Origin: Mustelus asterias
Lineage: Eukaryota
Length of the DNA stretch: 64,000 nt
Direction of reading: 5' to 3'
Assembly: GCF_964213995.1 (NCBI RefSeq)
Contig: NC_135804.1
Location: 90,830,001-90,894,000 of the forward strand
In this document: positions 50,561-63,887 of the stretch, in pieces
How the letters are laid out: each line of letters opens with the position of its first letter
Position numbering within the stretch: the first letter of the stretch is position 1
The notes under the pieces: model-generated
What the model was told of the DNA's origin: nothing
The model's input: the letters and a program-made list of their open reading frames with translations, nothing else
Databases searched by the model: none
Translations under genes and position numbers: made by a program

Positions 50561-51909
50561 ATAGAACATAGAACAGTACAGCACAGTACAGGCCCTTCGG
50601 CCCACGATGTTGTGCCGAGCTTTATCTGAAACCAAGATCAAGCTATCCCACTTCCTATCATCCTGGTGTGTTCCATGTGCCTATCCAATGACCGCTTAAA
50701 TGTTCCTAAAGTGTCTGACTCCACTATCACTGCAGGCAGTCCATTCCACACCCTAACCACTCTCTGCGTAAAGAACCTCCCTCTGATATCCTTCCTATAT
50801 CTCCCACCATGAACCCTATAGTTATGCCCCCTTGTAATAGCTCCATCCACCCGAGGAAATAGTCTTTGAACGTTCACTCTATCTATCCCCTTCATCATTT
50901 TATAAACCTCTATTAAATCTCCCCTCAGCCTCCTCCGCTCCAGAGAGAACAGCCCTAGCTCCCTCAACCTTTCCTCATAAGACCTACCCTCCAAACCAGG
51001 CAGCATCCTGGTAAATCTCCTCTGCACTCTTTCCAGCGCTTCCACATCCTTCTTATAGTGAGGTGACCAGAACTGCACACAATATTCCAAATGTGGTCTC
51101 ACCAAGTTCCTACACAGTTGCAGCATAACCCCACGGCTCTTAAACTCCAACCCCCTGTTAATAAAAGCTAACACACTATAGGCCTTCTTCACAGCTCTAT
51201 CCACTTGAGTGGCAACCTTTAGAGATCTGTGGATATGGACCCCAAGATCTCTCTGTTCCTCCACAGTCTTCAGAACCCTACCTTTGACCCTGTAATCCAC
51301 ATTTAAATTAGTCCTACCAAAATGAATCACCTCACATTTATCAGGGTTAAACTCCATTTGCCATTTTTCAGCCCAGCTTTGCATCCTATCTATGTCTCTT
51401 TGCAGCCTACAACAGCCCTCCACCTCATCCACTACTCCACCAATCTTGGTGTCATCAGCAAATTTACTGATCCACCCTTCAGCCCCCTCCTCTAAGTCTT
51501 AATAAAAATCACAAAGAGCAGAGGACCAAGCACTGATCCCTGTGGCACTCCGCTAGCAACCTGCCTCCAATCCGAAAATTTTCCATCCACCACCACCCTC
51601 TGTCTTCGATCAGATGGCCAGTTACCTATCCAATCGGCCAACTTTCCCTCTATCCCACACCTCCTTACTTTCATCATACGCCGACCATGGGGGACCTTAT
51701 CAAACGCCTTACTAAAATCCATGTATATGACATCAACTGCCCTACCTTCATCAACACACTTAGTTACCTCCTCAAAAAATTCAATCAAATTTGTGAGACA
51801 CGACTTGCCCTTCACGAATCCGTGCTGACTATCCCGGATTAATCCGCATCTTTCTAAATGGTCGTAAATCCAATCCCTAAGGACCTTTTCCATCAATTTA
51901 CCAACCACC
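50561..51909 (-). mobile_element. Young 5'-truncated CR1, same subfamily as 37402-41256
   Basis: ORFs 51492-51938 and 50638-51432 (1-nt deletion near 51499) are nearly identical in protein to ORF 39576-40841. (TTCTATG)n tail at 50561. Confidence 0.95.
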
Positions 51910-51959
51910 ATTTGAAAGCGGGATCCACTTAGTTCCATTATCCGGTCCTCTTTTCCCCC

Positions 51960-52830
51960 TTTAAAAGCTATTCTTGATTCTGATGAGCATTCACATCCTA
52001 ACAGTAATGGGTGGTGGTGGGGGATGGGGTGGGGTGGGGGGATAAATGAAATTCTCCTAGCCTCTCCCTTTGTTCTTTTCTCATGATCTTAAATTTACAG
52101 TTTCTAATTATAAACTCACTGGTCAGTGAAGCTTATTTCCTTTTCCTATTTGACCTGTCAAGCACCTTTATCATAACACCTCTTCACCTTCAGTTGCAAT
52201 GAAAACAGGCCCAGTTTCTGCAGTTTCTGCTTATAACTAAAATTCTCATCCCTGGTATAGCATTAATAAATCTCTTCTGCATTCTCTTTATGGCCTTGAT
52301 GCCCTTACAAAAAATAGGGCAGCAATATTTTGAATATGCCTAACCAAGGATTTGTATAGGTTAAACCTACTTTCATTGGTTTTGTAGTGCACACTCTGAT
52401 TTATAAATCTTCAGAACCTATTTTCTTTTATTTATTGCTTTATTGACATGATCTCCTTCTTTCACATCTAAATATCCAAGTCTCATTGTTCCACACCTTT
52501 TAATATTTTAAAATTAAGTGTGCATGTAATTATTCTCTTTGTTCTTCCTCCAAAATATCAGCGCACATTCCTCTGTATTAAGTTCCTTTCAATGTCTGTC
52601 TGTTCAATCTAATAACCTTTATATGTCACCTGAGGCTGCTTGCATTTCTCTTCACCATTCATCATGTTCTCTATATTGTCATTGGCAAACTTTGATAATG
52701 CATTCTCTATACCCAAGTGTAGATCATTTTTATATAGTGAGAAGTGTAATGATTCCAGCACTTGACTCCTGGGTTCACCATTGTATACAGTGTTCCAGTT
52801 TGAAAGCATTTGTTAACCACTGTTCCCTTC
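51960..52830 (-). mobile_element. Ancient CR1 fragment
   Basis: LYKNDLHLGIENALSKFAND, a degenerate form of YINDL..SKFADD. Confidence 0.6.
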
Positions 52831-53084
52831 ACTGGCCATCATCCAAGTTCCTATTAAGAATGTCACATTCTCTTCAATACTTGGGGGAGAAATTCATTCA
52901 TGCCTGCCTGTCAATCTACCCCCTCATTTGTGAATCCAGACCCAAGGCTCACCTATATTGGGCTTTCGGTCTCATTTAAGTTACATCAGTGAACTGCAGA
53001 CACTGACTGGGCATCCCTAGGAATCTCACTGTGAAGCGACTTGAAATAATGGGCTATTGAGTAAACATAGAAATGTTTTATAAA

Positions 53085-54310
53085 TTCATAGGATATGAAC
53101 ACCACTAGCAAGACCAGCATTTATAGCCCACCCCTAATTGCCCTTGAGAAGGGTAATTTTGTTCTTCAACAGATGCAGTAAAAGTGAGGCTGTTGCACCC
53201 ACAAGGCTGTTAGGAAGGGAATTCCAGTGATGGTGAAGGAATAGTGATAAGTCAGGATGGTGTATGACTTGGAAAGGAGCTTCAGATGGTGCTGTTCCCA
53301 TGCTTCTCCAAAGACAATAGAATCATAGAATCTCTACAGAAGAAGGCCATTCGGCCCATCAAGCCTGAACTGACAACAATCCCACCCTATCCCCATAACG
53401 CCACATAATTATCCTGCTAATCCCTGTGAAACTCGGGTCAATTTAGCATGGCCAATCAACCTAATCTGCACATCTTTGGACTGTGGAAGAAAACTCACAC
53501 AGACACTAGGAGAATGTGCAAACTCCACACAGGCAGTGACCCAAGCCAGGAATCAAAACCAGGTCCTTGGCACTGTGAGGCAGCAATGCTAACCACTGTG
53601 CCACTGTGTCAGGTTAGGTTGATTGGCAATGCTACATTGACCCTTAGTGTCAGGGGAACTAGTAGGGTAAATATGTGGGGTTACGGGGATAGGGCCTGGG
53701 TAGGACTGTTGATGCAGGCTCGATGGGCCAAATGGCCTCCTTCTGCACTGTAGGGAGTCTATGATCTGTTGCCCTGTCTTTCAATGTGGTAAGGATTGCA
53801 GGTTTGGAACGTACTCCTGAAGAATCCTTGGCAATTACCATCAAGCAGATGGCAAACATTGCTCCTACTGTGTATTGGTATCGGACCAAGGTGGTGGATG
53901 GGGTGTGAATCAAAGGGTTGCTTTGTCCTGGATGGTGTTGAGTTTCCAAGAATTATTAGAGTACACTGATCCAAACGGGTGAACAGTATTTTAGCACACT
54001 CCAGCCTGTGGACACATTTTGTAGAGTCAGAAGGTGAGTTATTCATTGTGGAATTCCAAGCATATGGCCTACTCTAATAGCCACAGTATTTATATCACAG
54101 GTCGTGTTAAGTTTCTGGCTAGTGGGCACCCCTAGGTTTTTGATTGTAGAGGGATTCTGTGATGGTAATATTTTTGAAAGTTAAGAGGAGATCATTAGAT
54201 TTTCTCTTGTTGCAGATGGTCATTACCTGGCACTTGCATACCACAAATATCATTTGCCACTTATCAGCCCAAGGCTAAACGTTGTCCAGGTGTTGCTGTA
54301 TGCAGGTAAA
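53085..54310 (-). mobile_element. LINE 3' region (second family) with SINE insertion
   Basis: Family tail gaccagcatttatagcccaccctaattgccc; resumes after 53765. Confidence 0.7.
53318..53765. mobile_element. Head-to-head SINE pair (full minus copy 53318-53605, plus-strand 3' half 53610-53765)
   Basis: Both outer ends are CR1-type SINE tails in opposite orientation. Confidence 0.8.
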
Positions 54311-54329
54311 TTGTAAGTAATTGGAGGGA

Positions 54330-54470
54330 TTGGGTGACTGTGTGGAGTTTGCACATTCTCCCCATGTGTGCATGGGTTTCCTCCATGTTTCCTCCAGTTT
54401 CCTCCCGCAGTCCAAAGATGTGCAGGTTAGGTGGATTGACCATGCTAAATTGCCCCTTTGAGTCCCAAGT
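54330..54470 (+). mobile_element. HE1-like SINE core fragment
   Basis: ttgggtgactgtgtggagtttgcacattctcccc...gctaaattgcccct. Confidence 0.8.
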
Positions 54471-55707
54471 TGAAAATCCACATGTATAACATTCACTACA
54501 TTTCGTATTATTTCCTTAAAAACCACTTAAATTTTGTCAAACTCATCTGCACTAATTATCTTCAATGAACTGATGTAGTTCTAATTGAGAATGAGTTTGC
54601 TTCTCATTGACCTGAAGCATTAACTCTACTTCTCATTTCACAGAACTATTGAACATTTTCAGTGTTTCCTCCTTTTATTTCAGATCGCCAGCATCCACAG
54701 CATATTACTAATGAATTTTATTCTGCATTGTGACCTCTAGAAGCTGAATCAGTTTAACCCTTTCTTGCTTCTTGAACATTGTGGTCCTTTAAGCTTCTCA
54801 CATAACTTGCTACATTCAAGGTTGTCTGAAAGACTGTGGTTACAGACTGTGATATTCTCTAAGACTTCTCAGAGTTCTATCATGGATGTTGTCAGGACTT
54901 GATGCCTTCAGTCCTACCACCATTCTTACCAACAGTCTTTCCTTATACTCGCTTGATCTGTTTATTTTTATTTTTGCTTCCATTTTACACTTTCTGTATG
55001 TTGCTTGATTTCCTTTTGCTTTTTGTTCCCTTTTTAAGTCACACACTGAATTTAATAGTTTGCATTCATTGCCTGTGGAAAACAGCAGCTGCAGGGGAAC
55101 ACTAAAAGGTTTCTACTCTCAGTCAGTCAATATAATAATGTAATTGAATTGGCCATGAAAGAACAAAAAATCTGACCTAATACTTATAGTACATTCAACA
55201 CAGATCAATCTGTGCTCTGATTTCATAGACACCTCTATTTTCTTCATTGAACAGAACCAGTTGGCGTCAGTGCTGACAGATTTATTCTTTAGGAAGACAA
55301 TTGGATGGGAATGACAAGAGACCTCAAAGACTGGCCTTCTATCTGGAAAAGGCGATTTATTGCTATTTTAATCTTCAGTGCTTTAGCATTCCACTAGCTT
55401 ATTTTTCTTGAAGAGGCACCGCTATACAAAGAAGAACAGTGTCTGAATATACAATAGAGGATCTTTATTTAATACAAAGTGTCATCGGTAGCATTTTTAT
55501 TTTCTTCAGCGCTGTTCAAGAAGTGGATGTTGTTATTGTAAAGAGCTGTATCATCTTGCCAACAAATTTGGTGTGTTCATCAGTACAGAAAGTAGAATAA
55601 AGGCATAATTATGACGATGAGAACTCCCCTGGGATATACAAAAATATTGCTATTTTGTTTCAGTATAAAATGCTTTAAAATTGTGAAATTTTTTTTGATT
55701 GTGTGTG

Positions 55708-56425
55708 GGGTGATGCACTTTGACAAGGAAGTATACTATAAAAGGTCTGACATTGGGAAGTTCCGAAGAACAAAGGGACCTTGGCGTGTTTGGCCATAGG
55801 TCTCTGAAGGCGGAAAGACAGGTTAATAGGGTGGTGAAAAAGTCAGATGACACACTCACCTTTATCAGTCGGGGTAAATATTACAAAAGCAGAGAGGTTA
55901 TGATGGAGTTGTATAGAATTTTGGTGAGGCCACAGCTGGAGTACTGTGTGCAGTTCTGGTCGCCACATTATAGGAAGGACATGAACGCACTGGAAGGGGT
56001 GCAGAGAAGATTCACCATGGAACGTTTAAGTTATAAAGAGCAGTTGGATAGGCTTAGGTTGTTTCCTCTGGAACAGAGAAGATGGAGGGGCGACCTAATT
56101 AAGCTGTTCACGATTATGAGGGACATGGACAGGGTGATAGGGAGCAGCTGTTCCCCTTAGTTGAAGGGTCAATTATGAGGGGACACAAGTTAAAAGTGAG
56201 GGGTGGGAGGTTTAGGGAGGATTTGAGGAAAAACATTTTTACCCAGAGGGTGGTGACAGCCTGGAATGCATTGTCTGGGAGGGTGGTGGAGGCGGGATGC
56301 CTCACATCCTTTAAAAAGTACCTGGATGAGTACTTGGCACACCATAACAATAGGTTATGGATTAGGTGGGAAGGTCAGGGCCTTTCATGCGCGGTGCAGA
56401 CTCGATGGGCCATAGGGCCTGTTCT
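55708..56425 (+). mobile_element. CR1 3' fragment
   Basis: EEQRDLGV..LVRPQLEYCVQFWSPHYRKD, frameshifted. Confidence 0.88.
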
Positions 56426-56439
56426 GCACTGTAGTATTC

Positions 56440-56885
56440 TGTGATTTGATTCATTATTGTCGCAAGTATTGGGATACAGTGAAGAGTGTTGTCTCTTGCA
56501 CACGATACAGACAAATACACTATACATACCGAAGGGAGAAGGAAAGGATAGGATGCAGAATATAATGTTGCAGTTACAATAGGGTGAAGAGAAAGTTCAG
56601 CTTAATATATGATAGGACCATTCAAAAATCTGATGGAATTAATATATGAGAGGACCATTCAAAAATCTGATTGGTCCAGTCATCAGACATTTGTATCTTT
56701 TTCCTGATGGAAGAAGGTGGACAAGAGTAAGTCCAAGGTGTGTGGGGTCCTTAATTATGCTGGCTGCTTTCCCGAGGCAGCGGGAAGTGTAAATGGAGTA
56801 ATTGGATGGGAGGCTGGTTTGTGTGATGGACTGGGCTACGTTCACAACCCTTTGTGGTTTCTTGTGGTCTTGGTCAGAGCAGGAA
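56440..56885 (-). mobile_element. Rex1/Babar 3' fragment
   Basis: AQSITQTSLPS..CLGKAASIIKDPTH, homologous to 25270-25720. Confidence 0.8.
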
Positions 56886-58575
56886 TGTCACCATAAATTC
56901 AGAATGCACCGAAGTTAAGTGAAATGAGGGCCCTTTCGTGTGTTTCTTTTGCTGGGTACCAAATGGAACCTAACTTCAGAGTAGTACGAATTTTGGTTTT
57001 AGAAATGTTTACATTTTCCTTTGGTTCTCCTGAGCATTTCACAATTGTATTACATATTTTTAATGTTTTGAGAAAATGGATGCTCCTTCTTGCTTTCCTA
57101 TCAGTGAAAAGGCTTTCTGCATGCTAACCATACTCCAAGGTACAGAATCACTCCCACTTGTGTGCAATTTACACCAGGGTCAGTCCTTATTATGGTCCTG
57201 TTGCTCCCAGCCGTGCCTCACATTTTCCATTTCCAGTCTCAGACCAGTAGTGTAGAATCTGTGCAATCTGAGAATACTACTTCAAAGCAGTGAAACCCAA
57301 CTTGTGTCTTACAGTGTCCATGGAATGTTAATGTGTACATTTTCCTTGTTTCATGCAAGATAGTTAATTATATATGCACTTCCTCAAAGAACTGGTTCTG
57401 CATGGGCACCAAGTATGATGCTTAAGTCCATCCTTGACCAATTTGAACTTGATTTCATATGTGAAAATGGAAAAGATATGCAAGCATATAAAGATAAAAG
57501 TATTTCTCAATATTATTTAAAGTCACTGGATCAAATCAGCTGAATGTTTCTACAGACTTTAATGCATTGAGGGATATGGGGAGAAGGTAGGTATATTGCA
57601 TTGAGATGGAGGATCAGCCATGATCATATCAAATGGCGGAGCAGGCCCAAAGGGCCGAATGGCCCATGTTTCTATGTTCTAAATTTCTAATTTTTTATAG
57701 TAATCCTTACTGTGAAACGCAGACAACATATGAAGGGATAACACATAGGCCATTGATAAAATATTTTAATACACTTCCCAGCAGTTATGTTTAAATAATT
57801 TGTCATCATGGCATTGCACATGGATTATATTGCAATGTCCAGCAAGCTTCCACTTGCTTACTCCCTCCTAATATCTCAGCTGTAACCAGGAGCTGACACA
57901 TTGGGACTATGGATCTGCATTCCACAAAACTTCCATGTAAGTACACCCTCCTTCACCAGGAAAGCGACTGACATTCACTATTAAATTTTGATACAACTCT
58001 CTTAAAACACGAGTTTGAATATTCCAAAGCATATATTCTCCAGAAATCTATATAGGGCCACAATGCTGTGAAACACCTTGCTTTGTCTAAAGGTCTAAGT
58101 GAGAAGCTTGACCGATCAATATAAAGGTGCTAATGTCAGCACAGCGAATAAGGTTCTTCAAACACAGAATTCAGTGACCTTTGAATGAGCTACTTAATGC
58201 TTCTTGTGCACAAAGGATTTTTTTTGTGTGACCTTTCCATCATATTGCTGACAAGAACTATACTTCCACTCAGAACTCTGTACATTATTGTAATGATTAA
58301 ATGTCCAAATTGTTGTGTGCAGGGCACTATGCACGTCAGTAAACATACAAAGTTTGTCATCATGATTGTAATGTAGTCTGTGCAATACCATTTACCTGAA
58401 TTATTTTCCCTAAAGGGTGGTGTGTTGCCTTGCAACATTTTACCAAAGCATCAGGGCTGAGGATACTGCTCAAAGGAGCTTGATGACTTAAATCCCACAG
58501 ACTTCTAACTGGGGAGTCAAACCTATCCCTAGACATTTCAACAGGTAAAATGTCTATATGAGTATAAAAATTCAT

Positions 58576-59157
58576 AGGTCATGCTGCAGCTATACAGAAC
58601 CTTAGTTGGGCCTCATTTAGAATATTGTGTACAATTCTGGTCACCACACTACCAGAAGGATGTGGATGGTTTGGGAAGGGTACAGAAGAGGTTTAAGGAT
58701 GTTGCCTGGTCTGGAGGGTATTAGCTATGAGGAGAGGTTGGATAAACTTGCTTTATTCTCATCAGAACGAAGGAGGTTGAGGGGCGACCTGATAGAGGTT
58801 CACAAAAGTGACTTGGACAGAGTGGATAATCAGATGCTCTTTCCTAGGGTAGAAAAGTCAAGTACTAGGGGACATAGGTTTAAGATGCATGAGGAAAAGT
58901 TTAGAGGAGATGTGCGAGGCAAATTTTTTACACAGAGGATGGTGAATGTCTCGAACGCACTGTCCGGGGAGGTGGTGGGAGCAAGTACGATAGCGGTATT
59001 TAGGGGGCAACCAGATGAGTACATGAATAGGATGGGAATGGAAGGATATGGACTCTGTAAGTGCATACGGCTTTAGTTTAGGCAGACGTCATGATCGGTG
59101 CAGGCTTGGAGGGCCGAAGGGCCTGTTCCTGTGCTGTACTTTTCTTTGTTCTTTGTT
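58576..59157 (+). mobile_element. CR1 3' fragment
   Basis: RMLPGLEGISYEERLDKL..RRRLRGDLIEV, with a (TTCTTTG)n tail. Confidence 0.9.
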
Positions 59158-60857
59158 TCTCTATACTTTCTCCCTTTAAAGGCGAGTGTCCAGCTTACGT
59201 TCATATCCAGTTAGATTGACAAAGTAATTTTTGAGTTATTACTTTCCCACTTCCATCCTTCACAATTAGAGTGAACAGTGCCAATTAGTTCTGCATTTGA
59301 ACAGAAAGTCCACCCCTGAGTGTGACTCTATCCTGAAATGCAACCTAGTAATGGAAAGTGCCTGACAGAGATAGATGATTTCAAGCGGTAGACATCTCTA
59401 GGGTTCAAACCCAGAAAGTAATGATGGTTTGTAAAGTAGTTGTTAAATCATCCACTGGCTTCATCCCATTTGGATTTACTTACTAAATTGAATAATTTCA
59501 TCACTCAACATTTCTCATTTGCAGAATTTATTCAGGTATGGGAACTGGGACTAATTTGCTTCTTGTTCAGGCTTCAGAAATGCTGCATTTAATGTTTTAA
59601 AAATTGCACATATTAATAATGATTTCCTGTATGACACCCACCATATTGAGAGTATCAATATATTTTGAATATATTGAAGCACAGATTGCATTCCTAATAC
59701 TAATAATGTAAGGCTGCTCACTAATGAGCTTGATGTCTTGAGGGATTTAGATTGCTTCGGAAATCAGAGTAGTTGGACCTTTAAAAATAAAGACCAAGAA
59801 ATTTCATTGGGGATTTCTGACTTCTGATCTTAATTTATGTGGGAAAGTAATGAAATCCTCACAGGGATGACAAAAAATGGTCATTTTCAGCTACTTAGGA
59901 CATTTCTCTGGAAGTTCTCCTAATTTCCTGTCACCATGTGGGTCAGAGAAACCATAGGGAATTTCCATACTGTCACTTTTTGCTTCTTGTAATCTGAACT
60001 TCCAAGATTTTCCTCACCCTATTCCCTTCTTAAAAAATAATTAAGCACTGATTTCTTAAGGCTCAATAAGACCTTTTTGAAATATTTGTAACTTCTGGCA
60101 TGTTTCCAAATCACCTATTTGGAACAGGCATACTCAAAGTCATGCGAACAAAAAGGAGGAAGATGTATTCCTAGTTGAGTGAAAGTGGAACCATCTGTAA
60201 TTTGATCATATTAGAGCTGCACGTTTTCAGGGTCAATTTTTTGGAAAGCAACAAATTAGGAGGCTGCCTCTGAGTTTGCCATCCAGTCAGGGACTACAGG
60301 TAGGTTGAGGAGAAAGGAAGGCCAATTAGCCCATTGGCAGACTTCATAGAGTGTTGCTGAGGTGGAAGTCTCAAAGGAGGATGGTATGAAATGGTTGTAA
60401 GAAGAACTTCACCTTTAGCAACCCGAGCATTACCTGTGGTGGCAGTCTCCAGAAGCTGCTCTTGCTGTGGTAAGCCTCTGCCTGCAGTTGCCCTCAAGAC
60501 TTGGCTGCTTGCACCATGAAATGGTCAGATTGCATCTTACTTTCATAGCACTGCAAGCTCTTGCTATGCAGCCGCGTCCACTGAGTAGCTGAGTTTCTGA
60601 CACAGCCTGGGATCTGTCCACGTTATCATAATTGCCATGGCCTTGAGAATTTGCCACTAATTGCCCATTTAACAAACTTAATTGGTTCCCACCATTGTCG
60701 GCTGGATTGCTGTCACCACATGGAAGCTGCCACTTGAAAAAGTAGGAGGAGGGGAATATATTGGGAACTTGCATAAAACAAGTTTCTCTAATTTTGCTCA
60801 TTGTCCCATCTCCAAACACATCTCTCAGGCCCTGGTCAAATTTCCCCCAGCAAAGAG

Positions 60858-61350
60858 TCATAGTACAGCACAGAAAAGGTCCGTCGGCCCATCGAGTCTG
60901 CATCGACAATAACCACCACTAAAATCGTACTACTCCCATTTTCCAGCATTTGTCCCATATCCTTGAATGTTATGATGTTTGAAGTGCTCATCCAAATATT
61001 TTTTAAAAGGTTGTCAGGTTTCCGACCTCCACTACCTTCCCAGGCAATGCATTCCAGATTCCCACCACCCACTGAGTGAATTTTTCTTCTCTCAAATCCC
61101 CTCTGAATATCCTGCCCCTTACCTTAAAACTGTGTCCCCTTGTGATTGACCTCACAACCAAAGGAAACAGTTGTTTCCTATTCACCCTGTCTATACCCCT
61201 CATAATCTTATATACCCAATCATATCCCCCTCAGCCTTTTCTGCTCTGGAGAAAACAATTCAAGCCTCTCCAGTCTCTCCTTATAGCTCAAATGCTCCAC
61301 TCCAGGCAACATCCTGGTGAATCTCCTTTGTATCCCCTCTAGTGCAATAC
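60858..61350 (-). mobile_element. CR1 3' fragment
   Basis: GIDRVNRKQLFPLV..TRGHSFKVRG..FTQWVVGIWNALP. Confidence 0.85.
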
Positions 61351-62719
61351 TGCCCCAAACAAGCAACTGGACAAAGCAAAAGTGGAATATTTTGCTAATT
61401 TGAACCTATGACATGCAATAGGCTTAGGTTTGGGTAAGTATCAAAAGGTGTGGGCTACCTTGAACCAGATACAGCCAACTCAAACCCCCACCACGAAACA
61501 TGCCCCCTCCTCCACCTCACACAAGGCTACTGCTCACCCCCTTGTGACCAATTTTCTTAATAAAGGAATGACCTCAGCCCTGTTGCCAATTGAAACTATC
61601 CAAAAATACAAAATTGTGTGAAAACCCGCTGTGAAAGTTTACTTTGCACACAGATAAACATAAGTTAAGGATTTCTCCTTTTTTTTAAAAAAAAGAGAGA
61701 ATACATACTTACTATACATAACATGTTGTATTTTGTGGACTTTTAGATGCTTTAGGGCAATCCTAAATTGTTTATGTAACTAGGCGTGTAATGGTAATGT
61801 ACAATCAGTGAGTTTGCAGAATTATTCATACAGCAGCCTAACTGGTATAAATAGCATTCAGTGCACTGATCCAACTATGGAGTAAAACTTGAAGAAGAAT
61901 GCAAATGTAAGCAATGAGAATGACCATGAATAAACATAAGTAGAAATACATGGAAGCTGCCAGATACATTATGTCAATGGAAGTTATAGGTGTCACATGT
62001 AATTTCTGAAGTAGCTTAGTGTATTTTACCCCAAATTGATCCCGTAAGCTGATGGAAATACAATGCAATTGGTGTCATGACACTTGTTAAAAATTAGTAT
62101 AGCCAGCCTAAAAAATGAAAACATGGGAAGATTCACAAGAGAAAGATTGAAAATTGACTCTAATTATTCACTCAGCCACTGCAAATTCCAACGTACTTAG
62201 TCAGCTCTCTCAAGAATCTGGACACATGGTACTTTATATTCAAGTAATCTGCACATAATATCTTAATGCTGTGCTTCTGCCAAAAGCGTCACGCAGGATA
62301 TTCATAAATTCCATCCAAGCCATTATTCTCAGTGCAGAAAAAGCAAAGCCAAGTGAGCAGTAGGACACAAGGAATGGGGAAGGGGGATATACGTGTATCA
62401 TACGAGAAACAGGTGTGAAATGGGTCCATCATGCGAGAAGCAGGTGTGAAATGGGTTTGTCATGCCTGTAGAGCTCACCCGAAAATGTTCACCCAAGGCT
62501 TATTGCAAATTGAACCTCATCCCTATGAAACTGGTGAGCTCACCACATCAATACGGTATCCCACTGCCATTCACCAATCCACGATCAAGGCACCAGTGGA
62601 GAGCTGGCCCCCAGGCATGTTTCGGAAGGAAGCAGAGACAAATCCAGGAGGATGTGATCCCTCGTACAAAGTACTACGAAGCATTTACAATACAGAAGTG
62701 CACTTGTGTTAGCGTTTAG

Positions 62720-63160
62720 GTTCAACATTACTCTCCTACCCCCATTGATGTGTCTTTTCTCCCTTGTGTGGTTATCTAGACTTTCCTTTATTGTCTCTAT
62801 GATATTTGCCTGAATTATTTCTTAAGGTGGCATGTTCCACATTCTAGCCATTCTCTTGGTAAAGAAAGTTTCTCCTGAATCTCGATCTATCACATATATA
62901 TGGATCCTAGTTCTGTCCTCACTCATATGTGGAAACATCTCTTCTACATTTACCCTTTAACTCTTCCATAATCTTAAGGATTTCTAATAGGTCGCCATTC
63001 AGTTTTCTCTTTTCCAGAGAAAAGTGTTCCAATCTGATCAGTATAACCTTCCGGTTCTGGTATATTCTCAATAAATCTCTTTTGTACCTTCTCCAATCCA
63101 TTTTTTTTAATAATACGGCGAGCAGAACTGTTGACAGTACCCAAGGGCAGGAACTTACTA
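62720..63160 (-). mobile_element. Ancient CR1 fragment
   Basis: LEKVQKRF and FSLEKRKLNGDLLEILKIM. Confidence 0.7.
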
Positions 63161-63279
63161 TATTTTTTCAAAGTGCCAGGCTCAGACTGAAAACCAGTAT
63201 GTAGCTCTACAGCTGCATAGCCCTGCTTTCTCTTCGGATCTTGAGCCTCTATGAATAAAAAAAATAAGGCTTACACCAT

Positions 63280-63887
63280 CACATTTTGGCAGGGCCTGAT
63301 AAAGGCGACAAGACCAGCTCCACAGGTATTAAGGCGCCATTTTTAAAGCCTACCCTGATCAAAACTAATGTAGAACTCTTCCTCACCCCATCCCCCACCA
63401 CCAACACAGATGTGTCAGGTACTCATCTGTGGGAGCCGCATGCGGTGGGGTTCCAGTTTTGTGTGGGCATGGAGGACGGGAGATGGGGAGAAGAGAGTGG
63501 GCAGTGAGGGGGAAATTTCAGGCATGGAAGAGAGCGAGTTGCGGGTGGGGGGAATGCCGGAAATATTTCTGCAGTGGTGGGGGGAGGGGCAGATGATTGT
63601 GCCAGGAGGGGGGGGTGCCCAAAGATTGCGCCAGGGAATGGGAGGGATGGGAATGTGCCCAGTTCCTCCATGGTGGGGGGAGATTATTTTTAGTCCTGAT
63701 TGGGGCGCCCTTTCAAGATGGCGCCCCAATATCTGTGGAGCCGGCCTTGTCGTGCCAGAGTGACAGCATAAATCCCGCCATAAACTCATACTTTTTAGGG
63801 AGAAAACTGGTCTGTGCAGTTTGAGAGCAACGTGCCGGTTTTCACAATATGAGCCTGACACTTTTTAAAAAATGGTAAGATTCCACT
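63280..63887. mobile_element. GC-rich MITE-like element (right part)
   Basis: Ends in ggtaagattccactc, resembling the TIRs of the other MITEs. G-rich interior. Confidence 0.45.
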
